Below are positions 38,450-52,027 of a DNA stretch of 64,000 bases, one piece after another (positions within the stretch are counted from its first letter, which is position 1; the number at the start of each line of letters is the position of its first letter). Source of the DNA: Octopus vulgaris. Taxonomy: Eukaryota. A program made the position numbers and the translations under genes. Under the pieces are notes generated by a model that was given only the letters and a program-made list of their open reading frames with translations, was not told the origin of the DNA and ran no database searches. Location of the stretch: positions 128,588,001 through 128,652,000 of the forward strand of contig OX597818.1 of the NCBI GenBank assembly GCA_951406725.2, read 5' to 3'.

Positions 38450-40059
38450 TATCTCTTCCTCATATTTTTGCTTCATGCACTATGCTTACCTCTCACTCCC
38501 CAATCCTGTTCTCTTGGCCCTGTGCCACTGTATCTTTGCTCTTTGCTAGCCCTTGACCTGTGTGTTCCACCCACACATAACAAGATAACTTTTCACTCAC
38601 CCCACCCCAACAAACCAATCTACATCGCCACATCACTTCTCTGCCTCACATTTCCTCCTTCATACACTATGCCTAGCTCTCACTCCCTAATCCTGTCGGC
38701 ATGGCCTTGTTCCTCTGTGTCAATGCTATCCAGTAGCCACCTCAACTCTATATATACCTAGGTTTTCGACACTCACTCCCCCCCACTCCACACTCTTTAA
38801 TCACACTTCATTCGCAATATCCTGCCACTTATATTATGGTGTTCAAACCTCAAGGGTATGTCCTGGCACTTGCCACCATCTATATTTCTCTCTTCCTTTA
38901 CTCAACCATCCAAATATATTCTGATCCTCAGCATTTTATCACCATCTCTATCTTGCTGTCTCCCACTCTCTCTCTCTCACTCTCCTTCTCCTGCACTTAC
39001 CTCAGGTTGGGTATCCATGTATTTCTTTTGTGGTAGCACACATGTTTCTGTCTTCATTCTCTCTCTCTCTCTCCTCCAAGGCCAGGTAACCTTGTAGCAA
39101 GACACTTGCTTCTGTCTCATTATAACCTTTCATCACCTGACACAAGATCACCTCTTCCAATGGGCTCTTCTCTTGAAAGTTTTTTTTATTTTGTCTTGCA
39201 AGTACTTGGTAACCCTGTCAGCACAGGTGCCACTTAAAAGCACCCAGGCCACACTGTAAAGTGGTTTGTGTTCGGAAAGGCATTCAGCTGTAAAAACCTT
39301 GCCAAAACTGACCTCGTCTGTGCTTGTACCATGTAAAAAGCACTAAGTCCGCTCTGTTGAGTGGGTGGTGTTAGGAAGGACATCCAGCTGTAAAAATCCT
39401 GCCAAAACAGTCACAGAAGTTTGGTGAATGCTTTTGCCTGGTCAGCTCTTGTGAAACCGTCCCACCCATGCTAGCTTGAAAGGCAGACGTTAAATGATGA
39501 TGGTGATATCTGGTTTGCAAGATTCTTTATGAGAATTCATGTGTTGAAACAAATTTTATTGTCTGGGGAGAGTCTTAATATCTGACACACTCACTGGTTC
39601 AATTTCCACTCATTATTTATATTTTTTCTTTCCAAAATTTTTGTTGTTTTTACATCCTTGTCAATGGATGTTGTCTCTGTTCGTTAATTATTGTTTATTA
39701 TGAAAAGTAAACTTAAGGAGTCAGAGTATCCAATGTAATTTCTGACAGACTTGATCTCAGTCAAAAAAAAGCACATCCAATTGTACACTTGTTGCTGGAA
39801 AAGGCAATGCTATAATTTATGCTAAAATGACAAATATGGAATATATGGAGAATTGCTTTCCCTAAAACCATACCCCAGTGCAAAATAAAATGTAAAATCA
39901 AACTTTTAAGCTGTGCATAAATGAAATAAGTTTTGGGAGTGGCAATCCATTTATGGGTGTATATAAACATAGATGTACTCATTTGTCCGTGTGTGTGTGT
40001 GTGTATGAACAAAGATGTACTCATTTATCCATGTGTGCATGCGTGTCTTTAAATGTAGA

Positions 40060-40104
<45 letters not shown>

Positions 40105-40516
40105 TTGACTGATATACTCATATATGTATGCCTAACATAAACCAGACTAGTTTAAGGAATAACATCTGTTCACTTCCTATTTACGTTGAAAGAGTGTTAT
40201 TTCTGAGTGCTGACAACATTCACATGTGTTCACATTATAAACAATGGTTTTGCTAATGGTGTCAACCGCTTGCAGTTCACCACAAAAGTATACTTTGGTT
40301 TTTTTGACATGTCTTGACTTTTTGCAGTCTTCGTAAACAAAAGACTCATACATACAGTGTGGGGGTTTTTTGTCCCCACCTCACCCAGTTCTCTGCCTAA
40401 GCATGTTTGGGCTGTTTGCTGTACTATATAGATAAGGAGATTATTACCTTCCTTGTGAACAGGTGGTGGGGTGAAGCCAGGAAGGGCATCTGGCCCACAA
40501 CTGATACAGTATAAAC

Positions 40517-41064
40517 CAGTGTTTCTCAACCGAGGGCCATATAACATTTTTGGTTGTCCACATAACAAAATAGTAAATCGGATATCCACAATAGTATTTT
40601 AACCCATTAGCATTTAAACCGGCCATATCCAGCCAAAAGTATTCTGCCTGTTTTATGTTCAAACTAGCCCTATCTGGTCTCTCACACCAACCCTACAATA
40701 TCGTTTTAAAAATTAACAGCTACCACATCAAAATCTCAAAGCTACAAGATAATGCATGATTAGTTCAAAGCAATGTGGATAAATAAGTATTAATTTTGGC
40801 AGAATAATGTGAACACTAAAGGGTTAAGGGCCCCTGAAAAAATTTTGCTTTAGACTTTATATTTTGGTTATGTATTGCAAGAAACAGATAGGTTTCTTTT
40901 TTACATAGTTCAACCTACACGAGTTAATGTGTGAAAAACAAAATAGGAATTTTGAAAGAAGTTTCTATAAAACTAGTTTTTAGACATCAGATGGGGCTGG
41001 GGGTCCACCAAAATAAAATAGTAATCAGAAGAGTCCATAGGTAAAAAATGGTTGAGATCCTTTG
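40517..41064. mobile_element. hAT (Charlie-like) MITE interrupted by a TTAA MITE (40599-40827)
   Basis: CAGTGTTTCTCAACC ... GGTTGAGATCCTTTG. 8-bp TSD GTATAAAC/GTATAAGC (7/8). Confidence 0.7.
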
Positions 41065-42319
41065 GTATAAGCCATAGGCCCTTTAGTCTGTATTCTTGTA
41101 TCCTGGTCACTTGTTCAGCTGCAGCTGTCTTTTGGTATATATTTACAAGAAAATGTTGCTCTTCAAATGTAAAGCCTACAAGTTTATGTAAGTTATAGGA
41201 AAAGGTTTATTACCTTGAGCACAGTATATATTACTATTTATTTTTCTATTTTTAGTAGAATATTATGTAGGATTTGAACTCAAGAATTTCTAACATAGTA
41301 TTTACTTCAACATCTAAGTAGATATCATAAAGCAATGGTTCTTAGATTGATAAATATCAGCCTCCCCACTCAAATGATTAGTGAAACTTTTGGGCCTTCC
41401 TTGCCTCCTTATTTTCATTAATGACGAGACAAATTAGAGCTTGCATCTTTGTAATTCTTTCTTCACCATGGTGTTGGACAAGATATAAACATTCAAAACC
41501 ATCTCAATTTCTTGAAACAGGGCAATTCTTTTCCCCCTCTCCCCACTCAAATCACACAGGCCGTTCCTTCCCAATAAGAAGCACTTACTTGCTATAAAGT
41601 ATGAATTTCAATTCTCTTTCACCATACCAAATAGTCTTCTCTTCCTATGCACACAACAAAGTTAAATATAAATAACATTGTCACTCTTTCCTAAATGTGA
41701 ATATCCATGTAGCTCCCCTACAACAAGAACCTGCTCTGTTCCATCCCTTTCTCTCAGACTATAACCCCTCATCTGCTAGCACAAAGCTACTTCCTTAAAA
41801 TTTTGTAGGCTTGCAAGCTCCATGTTGACCTCACTAATGCCACTGGCACAAGAAAAGCAGTTGGTATTAGGAAGGGCACCCATCTGTAGAAGCCATGCCA
41901 AAACAGGCATTGGTGCATTGTGTAGTCTTTGAAACCATCAGATCCTGTTAACCCTTTAGTGTTTAAACCGGCCACATCCGGCCCAAATATTCTATGTTTT
42001 ACATTTCAACTAGCCATATCTAGCCTCTCGCACCTAACCTACATTGACATTCTAAAAATAAATATTCACATCATTGAAATTTCAAAGCTATGAGATAATG
42101 CATGATTAATTCAAAACAATTTGAGTGAAAAAGTATTACATTTAACAGAGTAATCTGAACATTAAAGGGTTAAACCATCCAATTCATACCAGCATGGAAC
42201 ATGGATGTTAAATGATGATGGTTGTGGTTAGAGTTGACATCAATTTTGTTCTGTTGTGGACATGTATTTATGTAAGTTAAGTATTAAGTATTGAATAATT
42301 TAACATTTAGTTATTAAGG

Positions 42320-42514
42320 GGATCTTTTCTAAAAGATGGACAGAATTTCCTACTTAACTAAATAATTTGAAACTTCGTATACTGGTAGAATGTATCAAAA
42401 GAAAACATTAATTTCAATTAGTTTTTTGGAGAAAACTGTATTTTCTAACTTTTACGTAGTTGAATTCATTATTTAGTTAAGTAGGAAATTCTGTCCATCT
42501 TTTAGAAAAGATCC
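42320..42514. mobile_element. Merlin-like MITE, 195 bp
   Basis: Perfect 47-bp TIRs beginning GGATC (42320-42366, 42468-42514). Perfect 8-bp TSD TATTAAGG. Confidence 0.8.
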
Positions 42515-44529
42515 TATTAAGGGATTCTTAAATACTTCCTTCCCAATGAGACAAAATCTTTTCTCAAATCTGTGGCTATGCTGTTATCCATGTCCCATAT
42601 TCAGCCTGTAGTTTTGTTCTCTAATTTTTGTTTTACATTTGCTTAGTAGCTTACAAAAGAACAACTGATTTTTCTCTCTTTGTTCATTATAATATTTGCA
42701 GTCTTTGGCATTCATTGTTCTTTGTTTCCTCCAGAGTGCTGTTTTGCTAAACTTTATTTCTAATTATTCTCTGTTTTGATAACATTCTATTCTAGTTATA
42801 GCCTGTTTTATTAAACCTCACATGTAATTATCTTCTGTTGGATAATACTCATAATTTGTCTTTATCTCTCTCTCTCTCTCTCTCACTTTTTTTATTTTTT
42901 TAACAAACATTTATCTCTTGATATACCCTGAATTGATAGTTGTTATCTCTACAAAAAGCCCCATTCATAAACAACCCACTGCTAAAACTAACATACTTCT
43001 TACAGGGGCATGGGTTTACAAGCTCCCTAAAGCATCTAGATTCAGTACATCACATAGATGAAATTTGCAACAAGGCCAGAAAATACTGGCACCCCACCCT
43101 CACCTCTGTCAGAATTTTGCATTGTTCTGGAACGCCCTATTTTTTTCTTTTCCATCCACTAATTATTGTTTGACCTAAATATTAATTAACCCTTTGGCAT
43201 TCAAATAACTCTGTTTAATGCTTATTTATTCACATTGTTTTGAATTAAACATGCATGTAGCTTTGAGATTTCATTGGCGTGACTGTTTATTTTTAGACTG
43301 ACATTATTAGGTAGGTCTGAGCGGTTAGATCTAGTCAGCTTATACATAAAACAGGTAGGATATTTTGGACCAAATATGGCCTGTTTCTGTGCTCAAGGGT
43401 TAAATCAACCTCGTGCAACCCCTATCTCTCTGTCTAAAAGAACTTAAGAAGGATGTCAGTATGACCTCATTTTATCAGACTAACTTTTAAAAAAATATCA
43501 ATTTACATTGATTGATCCCTGGTTAGCCATTCTATGTTCAATATTGATTCCTCTCCATTAAATTGTTCTGTTATTATTCTTAAACTAGCTTTAAATATTA
43601 ACCTCATTTTAACAGTTAAAGTTTTTAATAACCTTGTAATCATTATTATAAGATTATAGTTATTCTTTCATTAGGTACCTAGAGCTTCATCTTTAAATAT
43701 TTGAAGTGAGAGTGGGAGGGAAAGGAACTATCAGTTATCAGCTAATGCCAATTAACTTGTACTCAGCAGCACTCACTAAACCACAGTTCACTTTCTTTCT
43801 TTTTCTTTTTATTTGCAAGAATACTGCACTGTTGCTTTTGGGATGTAGGGTATCAGTATTCTTGTTCTACTTTGTTTCTGACATACTTAGAATCCTTATC
43901 AAAGAAAATATATTTCTTTCTCCAAAGCTGAAAATAAAATCTAAAATGAGCTACATTTTGGCATTATATAATTTGGATATTTTTGGTGATAGAAAAGATT
44001 ATCTTGTTTGTAGGTTATCGTTGAATCCACATCTGAATGCAACAGCTGTGGCACGTTATACTGTAATAATATAATACAGAAAAATTATATATACTGTAAT
44101 AATGATAATACAAAAAAATTGCTTCCTGTCTGCTGGGTGAATTTAAGGCAACACTACAAAATAAGATTGAAAGGTCTTTCATAGAAAAACTACAAAGTGA
44201 ACACTAGATATTTGATAAAGAGCAGCCAGTCTAGTGACCTGACATAATATGAAATGATTTACCTGAACCTGACATGAAATTGTTTAAGGTTCAAGGTGAG
44301 TTGAAAGAAGAAAATATATAAATAGATTTTATCTAATCTCTGTTATCACATAAGTGTGTGTGCACATATGCACATGATGAAAAGCAGGCAGGGTTAGATG
44401 TGGTAACTGGTGGCAAGTTTCAGTAAATGTAGTTTGTAACAGGCAGAGATGAGTTAGTGTGAAGAGAGAGAGAAAAAAAAAAAGAAGAAATAAGTTAAGA
44501 ATTTAGTTTGTCTCTGTGGAAATTTACAG

Positions 44530-44560
44530 GTGGTGTAAATGGGCCGAAAAATAAAAAAAG
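44530..44560 (+). other. Candidate 31-nt cassette or 5' UTR micro-exon
   Basis: Acceptor AATTTACAG and consensus donor AAG|GTAAGT. Repeat-free surroundings. Contains an ATG at 44539. Confidence 0.45.
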
Positions 44561-44770
44561 GTAAGTAAAATAGTGTACTACGAAGATAGTTATGTATAGA
44601 AGAAATAACAACCAAACTGAGGATATTTAATCTTTTGCAATGAAAACAAAAGTGATGGTCAAGAATGAAATTGGGTGTTTTGCTCAGGTTAGCCCTAACA
44701 AACCAAACCTATGATCTAATGTATCAAATTAGTAGAGTTGTTATGGGATCAGATAGATAAGCTGGTGGTT

Positions 44771-45001
44771 AAGGCAGCGAGCTGGCAGAAATGTTAGGGC
44801 GCCGGGCGAAATGCTTAGCGGTATTTCGTCTGGCGCAATGTTGTGAGTTCAAATTCCGCCGAGGTCGACTTTGCCTTTCATTCTTTCGGGGTCGATAAAT
44901 TAAGTACCAGTTATGCACTTGGGTCAATATAATCGACTTAATACCTATGTCTGTCCTTGTTTGTCCCCTCTATGTTTAGCCCCTTGTGGGTAATAAAGAA
45001 A
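44771..45001 (+). mobile_element. tRNA-derived SINE with Meta-like central domain
   Basis: GAGTTCAAATTCC B box followed by GGTCGACTTTGCCTTTCATTCTTTCGGGGTCGATAAATTAAGTACCAG. Second young copy at 63505-63735. Confidence 0.8.
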
Positions 45002-45556
45002 CAGGTATTTGTTCCAACTCTCTGCCTTCAGAGTTCAAATCCTTCTGTGGTTCTCTTTGCCTTTCATCTTTGAGGTACCAGTCAGGAGCCAGTAAGATTG
45101 GTGGAACTGTCAAAATATCAGACCAAGTGCCTTGTGGTTTCTGCTCTAGCTCTTTGCATTTTGAGTTCAAATCTTGTGATAGCTTACCTGGTGATTACAT
45201 CTAACACCAGGTAGATGTAACCTGTTGGCAGGTTTAATACCAGCACCTAGCACCTTTACAGCATTAGCTGAGCCCAGTCTGTTGCAAGCATTCTGGTCAG
45301 GCCCCTCATTTCATGATCTCTTTCTCCCTTGGCCTTCACCAGTCATGGGGGCCCTGCAAAGTGCCATGGGCACTGCCTTTCCTCCTAAGTAAAAGATGAG
45401 AAAAAGAAGAAAAACTGAGATTTGCCCATTTTTTTTTTTTTTACCAGCACTTGTATCAAGGATGGCATTATCCAGTGTTCTCTTCTTTTAGGACAGTAGG
45501 GTGCAATTTAAAGGAGATTCTTCCCTCCTAATTAAATGCTTCAATCATTAGACTGT

Positions 45557-45929
45557 GACATGCTGTGTCACTGCCTTTAAGAGCTTTTAGTTGAATGAAT
45601 TGACTCTAGTACTTATTTATAAGTACTTATTAATAGACCTGGTACTTATTCTATTGGTCACTTTTTGCCGAACTGCAAAGTTACAGGAACATAAACAAAC
45701 CCACACCATTTGTCAAATAGTGGTGTGGGACAAACATACACATATATATATATATATACACATACAACAGGCTTCTTTCAGTTTCTATCTACCAAATCCC
45801 CACTCACAAGGCTTTGGTCAGCCTGAGGCTATAGTAGGAGACACTTGCTCAAGGTGCTCCACAGTGGGACTGAACCTGGAGTCATGTGGTTGGGAAGCAA
45901 GCTTCTTACCACACAGCCATGCTGCACCT
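45557..45929 (-). mobile_element. Older SINE family A copy
   Basis: Diverged but collinear with family A. Confidence 0.75.
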
Positions 45930-46299
45930 ATGCTAATTTTCTCTGAAGTTGTTTTAATGGTTTGTTTTCCTACATAGATTTGACTTTGAGTAGTCTGCAA
46001 TGTGGTAATGTGGTACCTTCAGCTTGCATTATCATCTCATGACAACCTAGTAATATTTTGTCTGAAAAGTTTGATATCTCCAGTGTTTCTTGGTCTACTT
46101 TCATTATCAGCACAGCTGCATTCCAGATGAGAACTGACAATTAAAACACAAGATGCAGATGGTCATTGGTAAAAGTGAGGTACCGAGGCAAACACTTGTT
46201 CTTACACATAAGTTCTCCATACACTCATGGTTGTGAGCTATGCACAAAAACATACACGTCTTCAGATACACTTACAATATGTATATGAGATGAACATAC

Positions 46300-46625
46300 T
46301 GAGACCCCCTTCGGTCACGACGCAGACCATGGGATTGCACCTAGAAAGTTACCCTCCCAGGCACAAGTCCGGGCAAGGTTGTTTATGGAAGACCAGCAGT
46401 CGCCCATGCATACCGGCCTCCCCTCTCCACGCCACCAGTGTTATCCAAGGGAAAGGCAAAGGCCGATACAGCTTGGCACCTGTGACGTCGCAACTCATTT
46501 CTACAGCTGAGTGAACTGGAGCAACATGAAATAAAGTGTCTTGCTCAAGAACACAACATGCAGCCTGGTCCGGGATTCGAGCTCACAACCTCACAATCGT
46601 AAGCTTGACGCTCTAACCTTCACAT
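46300..46625 (-). mobile_element. SINE family C
   Basis: Reverse complement of 23904-24220. 12-bp TSD AGATGAACATAC (46288-46299, 46626-46637). Confidence 0.9.
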
Positions 46626-46671
46626 AGATGAACATACACACATAGTAAATATACATGTCTATACCTTAGAT

Positions 46672-46872
46672 CAGTGCTTTTCAAACTTTTTGCTGGAGCG
46701 GAACCCCAAGAAAACATTTCACTGGCTCGAGGAACCCCTGTGCAATAATTTAATAGTCTTATGCACACATATTTGCACAGGAGAATTAAAAATTACTGTC
46801 GATTTTAGCATTTTTGTAACTTCTTGCGGAACCCCTGGACTGTACTGGCGGAACCCTGGTTGAAAACCACTG
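46672..46872. mobile_element. hAT (Charlie-like) MITE, 201 bp
   Basis: CAGTGCTTTTCAA ... TTGAAAACCACTG. Perfect 8-bp TSD CCTTAGAT. Subterminal GGAACCC repeats. Confidence 0.9.
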
Positions 46873-46926
46873 CCTTAGATATACTTGTAGTTATCTGTAT
46901 ATGCAGGTAGTCTGTTTCTTCTCTAC

Positions 46927-46975
<49 letters not shown>

Positions 46976-48196
46976 ATACATGTGTGTATACCACCTCTCT
47001 CATATGTATAAGTAATAATAGACTCTACTTTCAAGAATACTGAAATCTGTTCTTGACATTAACAAAATTGTTTTGTATTAGGCAGTTAATTCCAATTTTA
47101 ATTTTTTTAACCTTCTGAAACCTGTCAGTTCTCCCCCCCCTCTCTTTTTCACTTGTTTTTCTCTTTTCTTACTCTCATAGCCTTTTCCACTGTCTGTCTC
47201 TCTTTCTCCTCCATTTCTCCTCCATTTCTTAATTTTCCCTCTGCCTCTCATGTACTTTCAGTTTTACTCATCTTCATTCCTGTTATCTCATTCCTTTCTT
47301 TCTTCCAGTTTTTCTTGCATTCTTTTTTTCATTTGTTATCTCTCTATCTCCTTTATTACTTCTATTTCAGTTCTATCTTTCATATCTCTCTCCTCTCTCT
47401 CTATCTCACACACACACACACTCTTCTCTCTCTCTCTCCTATAGTTACTAGTTTGGAAAACAATCTCATTGTAAAAATATATAACAACAAAGCAACATGG
47501 TACATTGACCAGATGATGTGGAAGTAGTATAGACTTGTCTTTTCTTGACAACCCTGCTGTCAGCTTTACTAAAACCATTCTATTATGTTTCTATAATAAT
47601 TGAAACAAGTTCAAAGTCCAGAATTGGAACCTTTTGATATCAGTCAGCATTAAACTATTCCTGGCTATTAGATCAAAATAAATACATAAATAAATAAAAA
47701 CTACCTGTTTTGAAGTGTTTCTGTTTAAATTTAGAACTTCCTTCATAAATTTTATTTCAAGAAAATATTTGTCAAGTTATGTTCCAAATCCCAGCTTAAA
47801 ACAAATTAATGCAATGAAATCCAACTCTTAAGGATTTTCAAGAGTAACAGAAATACATTTGGAGTATATTAGAAACATAATCATGAACAAGCTTGTGGTT
47901 ACTGGCACTGGAAACTTATCCTCTGTGCAAAGGAAAAAAATCTTTTTTACTTAAAATAGACACCACATTCGTCATTATCATCATCCTTTAATGTCTGTTT
48001 TCCATGCTGGACGGTTTGACCCGAGCTGGCAAGCAGGAGAGCTGCACCAGATTCCAGCCTGATTTGGCTTGGCTTCTACAGCTAGATGCCCTTCCTAATG
48101 CCAACCACTTAACAGAGTGTGCTGAGTGCTTTTTGTGTGGTGCCAGCATGGGCACCATCTTCCTCATTCTCTTTACTTTTTTTTTTACATCAAATG

Positions 48197-48233
<37 letters not shown>

Positions 48234-48243
48234 CACACATATA

Positions 48244-49501
48244 CAGAGGTTGGACAAAATAATGGAAACGCCTTAAAATATCATACAAATTAATTTTAAT
48301 ATGGAGTAGGACTGCTTTTGGCAGTAATTATAGCTTAAATTCTATGAGGTATGGACTCATACAAAGTTTGAATTGTTTCCAAAGGAATTTTTGTCCATTC
48401 TTCAGCGAAAACAGTCTCCAGTTCTTGTAGTGATGATGGTGGAGGATATCAACTCCTTACTTGTTTTTCTAAAATGCACCATAAATGTTCAATAATATTG
48501 AGGTCTAGTGGCTGTGGTGGCCAGACAAGATGTTCAACTTCACTAGAATGTTCCTCATGCCATTCAGTAACAACTTTAGCTATGTGAATTGGTGCATTAT
48601 CATCCTGAAAGATTGCGTTTCCCCCCGGAAACAGTTCCGCAACCATAGGATGAATTTGATCAGATAAAATGCTTAAATAGTCTTGACTATTAATTCTGCT
48701 ATGAAGGGAAACCATTGGGCCGGTAGATTTCCAAGTTATAGCCCCCCCCCCCCCCGCCACCTTCCCGATCATCACAGATTTTCCTCCATGTTTAACAGTT
48801 GGAAGAAGGTAGTCTAGGTCAAATGCTTCTTTTGGTTGTCTCTACATGTATACTCGGCCGGTGGTCAGATATAAGGTAAAGGATGACTTGTCCAAGAAAA
48901 TAACATTCTTCCACTGCTCTAGGGACCAATTCTGTAGGTTTTTACTCCACTCTAAATGCTTTGCAATATTTGTTTTTGAAAGTAGTGATTTTCTGATTGC
49001 AGCCCTTCCATGAAAGCTGGGTTTGTGCAGCTCTCAGCAAACAGTTTTTGTGGAAAGTGGGTTCTCGAGGTGGTCATTAAGCTCTGCAGTAAATTTGGGA
49101 GCTGTACTTTTGTGATCCTTTCTAACAATTCACGTAAGAGTCTGACTCCCTATCTGAAAGTTTTGGTTTTTTCTTCTGGAGTCTTGTTTCAATGAGGAGG
49201 TTTTTCTCTCTTTCTCAAAGGGTGTTGTTACTTTCGAGACAGTACTGCTTGATACACCAAACATTTCAGCTGTTTTTGTTACGCTAGCACCTGCCATATG
49301 AACACCAACAATTTTACCTCTTTGAAAGTCCAATAGATCTGTCATTTTAATGAATTTTAAATACCTTTTCCTGATGATATCAGAAAAGAAACAGCAATTT
49401 TAGCAAAACATAAAAATAAACCAGCTTTTAATGATTTTATAGATATTTCAAAATTATGATGCTATGACTCTAGGTGTTTCCATTATTTTGTCCAACCCCT
49501 G
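48244..49501 (-). mobile_element. Full-length, decayed Tc1-type transposon with DD36E spacing (Incomer-like)
   Basis: TA TSD and ~30-bp TIRs CAG(A/G)GGTTGGACAAAATAATGGAAAC(G/A)CCT, 1258 bp in total. Transposase pieces: HTH MTDLLDFQRGKIVGVHMAGASVTKTAEMFGVS and catalytic FQDDNAPIH...WPPQPLDLNIIEHLW. Confidence 0.92.
48300..49345 (-). pseudogene. Frameshifted Tc1-family transposase
   Basis: ORF pieces 49130-49345 (HTH) and 48449-48775 (DDE) are broken by frameshifts, including an expanded C-run at about 48742-48766. The 3' end is approximate. Confidence 0.85.
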
Positions 49502-51990
49502 TATATATAACATGACACATAAACCAGAACTGGTTGAATATTACAGATAACTGATTCATAATATCTTTATGGTTTCAGGAATACTTTCATTTCTCTATCC
49601 ACCATGGGTTTCAGATGATGCAAGCCATCTTTATTTGCACATTATATGGCAGAAAAAGTAATGGCTGGTCTCAGGATTTTGAACTAAAAGGGCAAAGGAC
49701 TGCACATACAGCAAGATTTAACCAACTCATGCCAGCATGGAAAATTAGATGTAAAAATTATGTTACTTATAAACACTTATACATGAAGAGAAACCATTGA
49801 CCCGGTGGATTTCCAAGATATAGCCCCCTCCCCCCCCGATCATCACAGATCCTCCTCCATGTTTAACAGTTGGAAGAAGGCAGTTTTACACATGTAAAAC
49901 CTTAAATACATACACATAAATACACATAAAATTTCTTAAATCACTATAAACATGTTATGTTTATAGGATGCTGAACTACAGGTTGAAAGGTTAACAACTC
50001 ATATTCTAGGAATGGCTTTGCAGTTTCTGTGTATGAGATATTTAACTCTTAAAAGTTCACTTAGCTATAAATAGGTAATCTTCACTTTCATGATTAAGTA
50101 TAGCTCACTGCAGTAAACAGCAGCCCTAATGTGCAAGATCATGAGCCTTTTGGTTTGTATCATGATTCAAATCTGGTCATGGGTATAAATCAGGGAGAAA
50201 TGGTTCCTTCCAAAGCTGCTTTGTCCTAAATGCATACTCTATAGGAATTCTACAGTGACGTCCCAACAAACCTAATTGTTTATAAGGTGGCCATCTATTC
50301 AAAATCAATATGGAATAGACATACATTGCTTACAAAAAAAAAAAAGGAAAAAATGATAAAACATTATTTTCCGACTCGTATACAGCTGCTGTTTGTTTTG
50401 TATCAAAATTTAATAACATCTACCCAATCAGATGCTCATTTGTAATTAATAGAAAATGCTTTTGTTTACAAGATTTACTTAGACATCCATTTACTTTCAC
50501 TATATAGCTTAGAGAAATATAATTAGAATCTTTTTGTAGTTCCTTCATACAGAGCTCCACTTCCATATTGGCTTTCATTCTATTCATTCCTTCTTCTTTT
50601 TTTAAAAATTAATTCATTCTTGTTATTTGTTTCATTCTGAAACATCTGGAAAGTTTTGTGTGTCTTTTATTTTATTGTTGTTATCATTATCGTAGTTATC
50701 ATCATTTTATTTCTTTTTTCCTAATATTCTGCTAAGATTCCACTTGCCAAATGCAACATATATCAAAGACTTGGTTGAGTATTTTTAGTTGATGAGAAAG
50801 AGAGAGTAAATTATTTTCATATATTTTGTTTACCTTAATTGTTAATTCTGCCATGTTGTTGCTTTTGTTTCTATTATTTTTTTTTTTTAGTTTTGTTGTT
50901 GTTTTAAGACAAACTCTAAAATCTCTGTTATAAGCAAGAGCTACATCTATTTAAGAACATCCGATAAGATGATAGAATTTAAGCACTTGTTTTCAACTTC
51001 AGTTGACATGTTTGAAGGGAAAGCTTTCAGCTTTCTTTCATTTTTATTTATCCCCATTTTTTTCTCTTTTTTTCTTTCTTTTTCTTTTTATGAAAGAAAA
51101 TTAATCTTCATGTATTCTTCCCCATTGCTCTGGCTAAGTCAATTAACATTGTTATAGGTTAAAGTTTATTTGTAGAAAATACTTGATTATCAGTCTCTCC
51201 CAAAACGATAACTCATTTCATTGAATTAAATAAATTTGGCATTTTACCAAGTTACAGCAGTTGTTATATTTATTCCATATTCATTTTTTTTTTTTTTTTG
51301 CTTTCTTTCTAAAAATTGCTCTATTTTCATACTTTTCACTTTAAACCAGCATAAAATAGCCAAGTTGATATTTGATTAGTATTGCAAATGAAAATTATAT
51401 TTTTGATAAAATCCAGATTGTGTTTGTGTATGAGGAGGACTATTAAGTTTGCCATGTTACTAAACCGTTTACCAGCTGAAACCTTATTAGCTTGTCCAAT
51501 GTGTGTCTGCCTGCCTATGTACACATTTGTGTATCATATATCTGTGCTTATGTACAACTATCTGTGTAGTAGCACATGCCTAAACATGTATGGGTTTTGT
51601 GTGTGTATGTGTGTGATTCATTTGCAAAAGCGTGGCTATTTGTGCGTTTTGGTGTAGAGCTGGTCTGATTTTCATAATCAAAATCCAATTGAAGAGTGTA
51701 ATACTCTTGAGCAAGATGTTTCTATTTAATTTTTGCTCTAATAGCTGCATACTGCTGCTGAACAAGTTGCACATTTTGTTTCTAAATTTACACTGAATAT
51801 TCCCAAGATATGTACATGTTGCTGTATAGCCCATGATCAGTCCTAATGTAGCAGACTTATGTTCAGAGTTGATCCAGCTGTGAATATTCCATCATTTTTG
51901 TTTCTAACATAGTATCTTTAGGGCTACATTTTTCCTGTTATTTCTATTTGTTCATGCAACTACATTGCAGCAGCTCTTCCATTGGTTCAA

Positions 51991-52022
<32 letters not shown>

Positions 52023-52027
<5 letters not shown>

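Noticed and set aside
44539-44560. MGRKIKK resembling a MADS/MEF2 N-terminus
   Set aside because: Only four residues match and there is no continuation of the MADS box.
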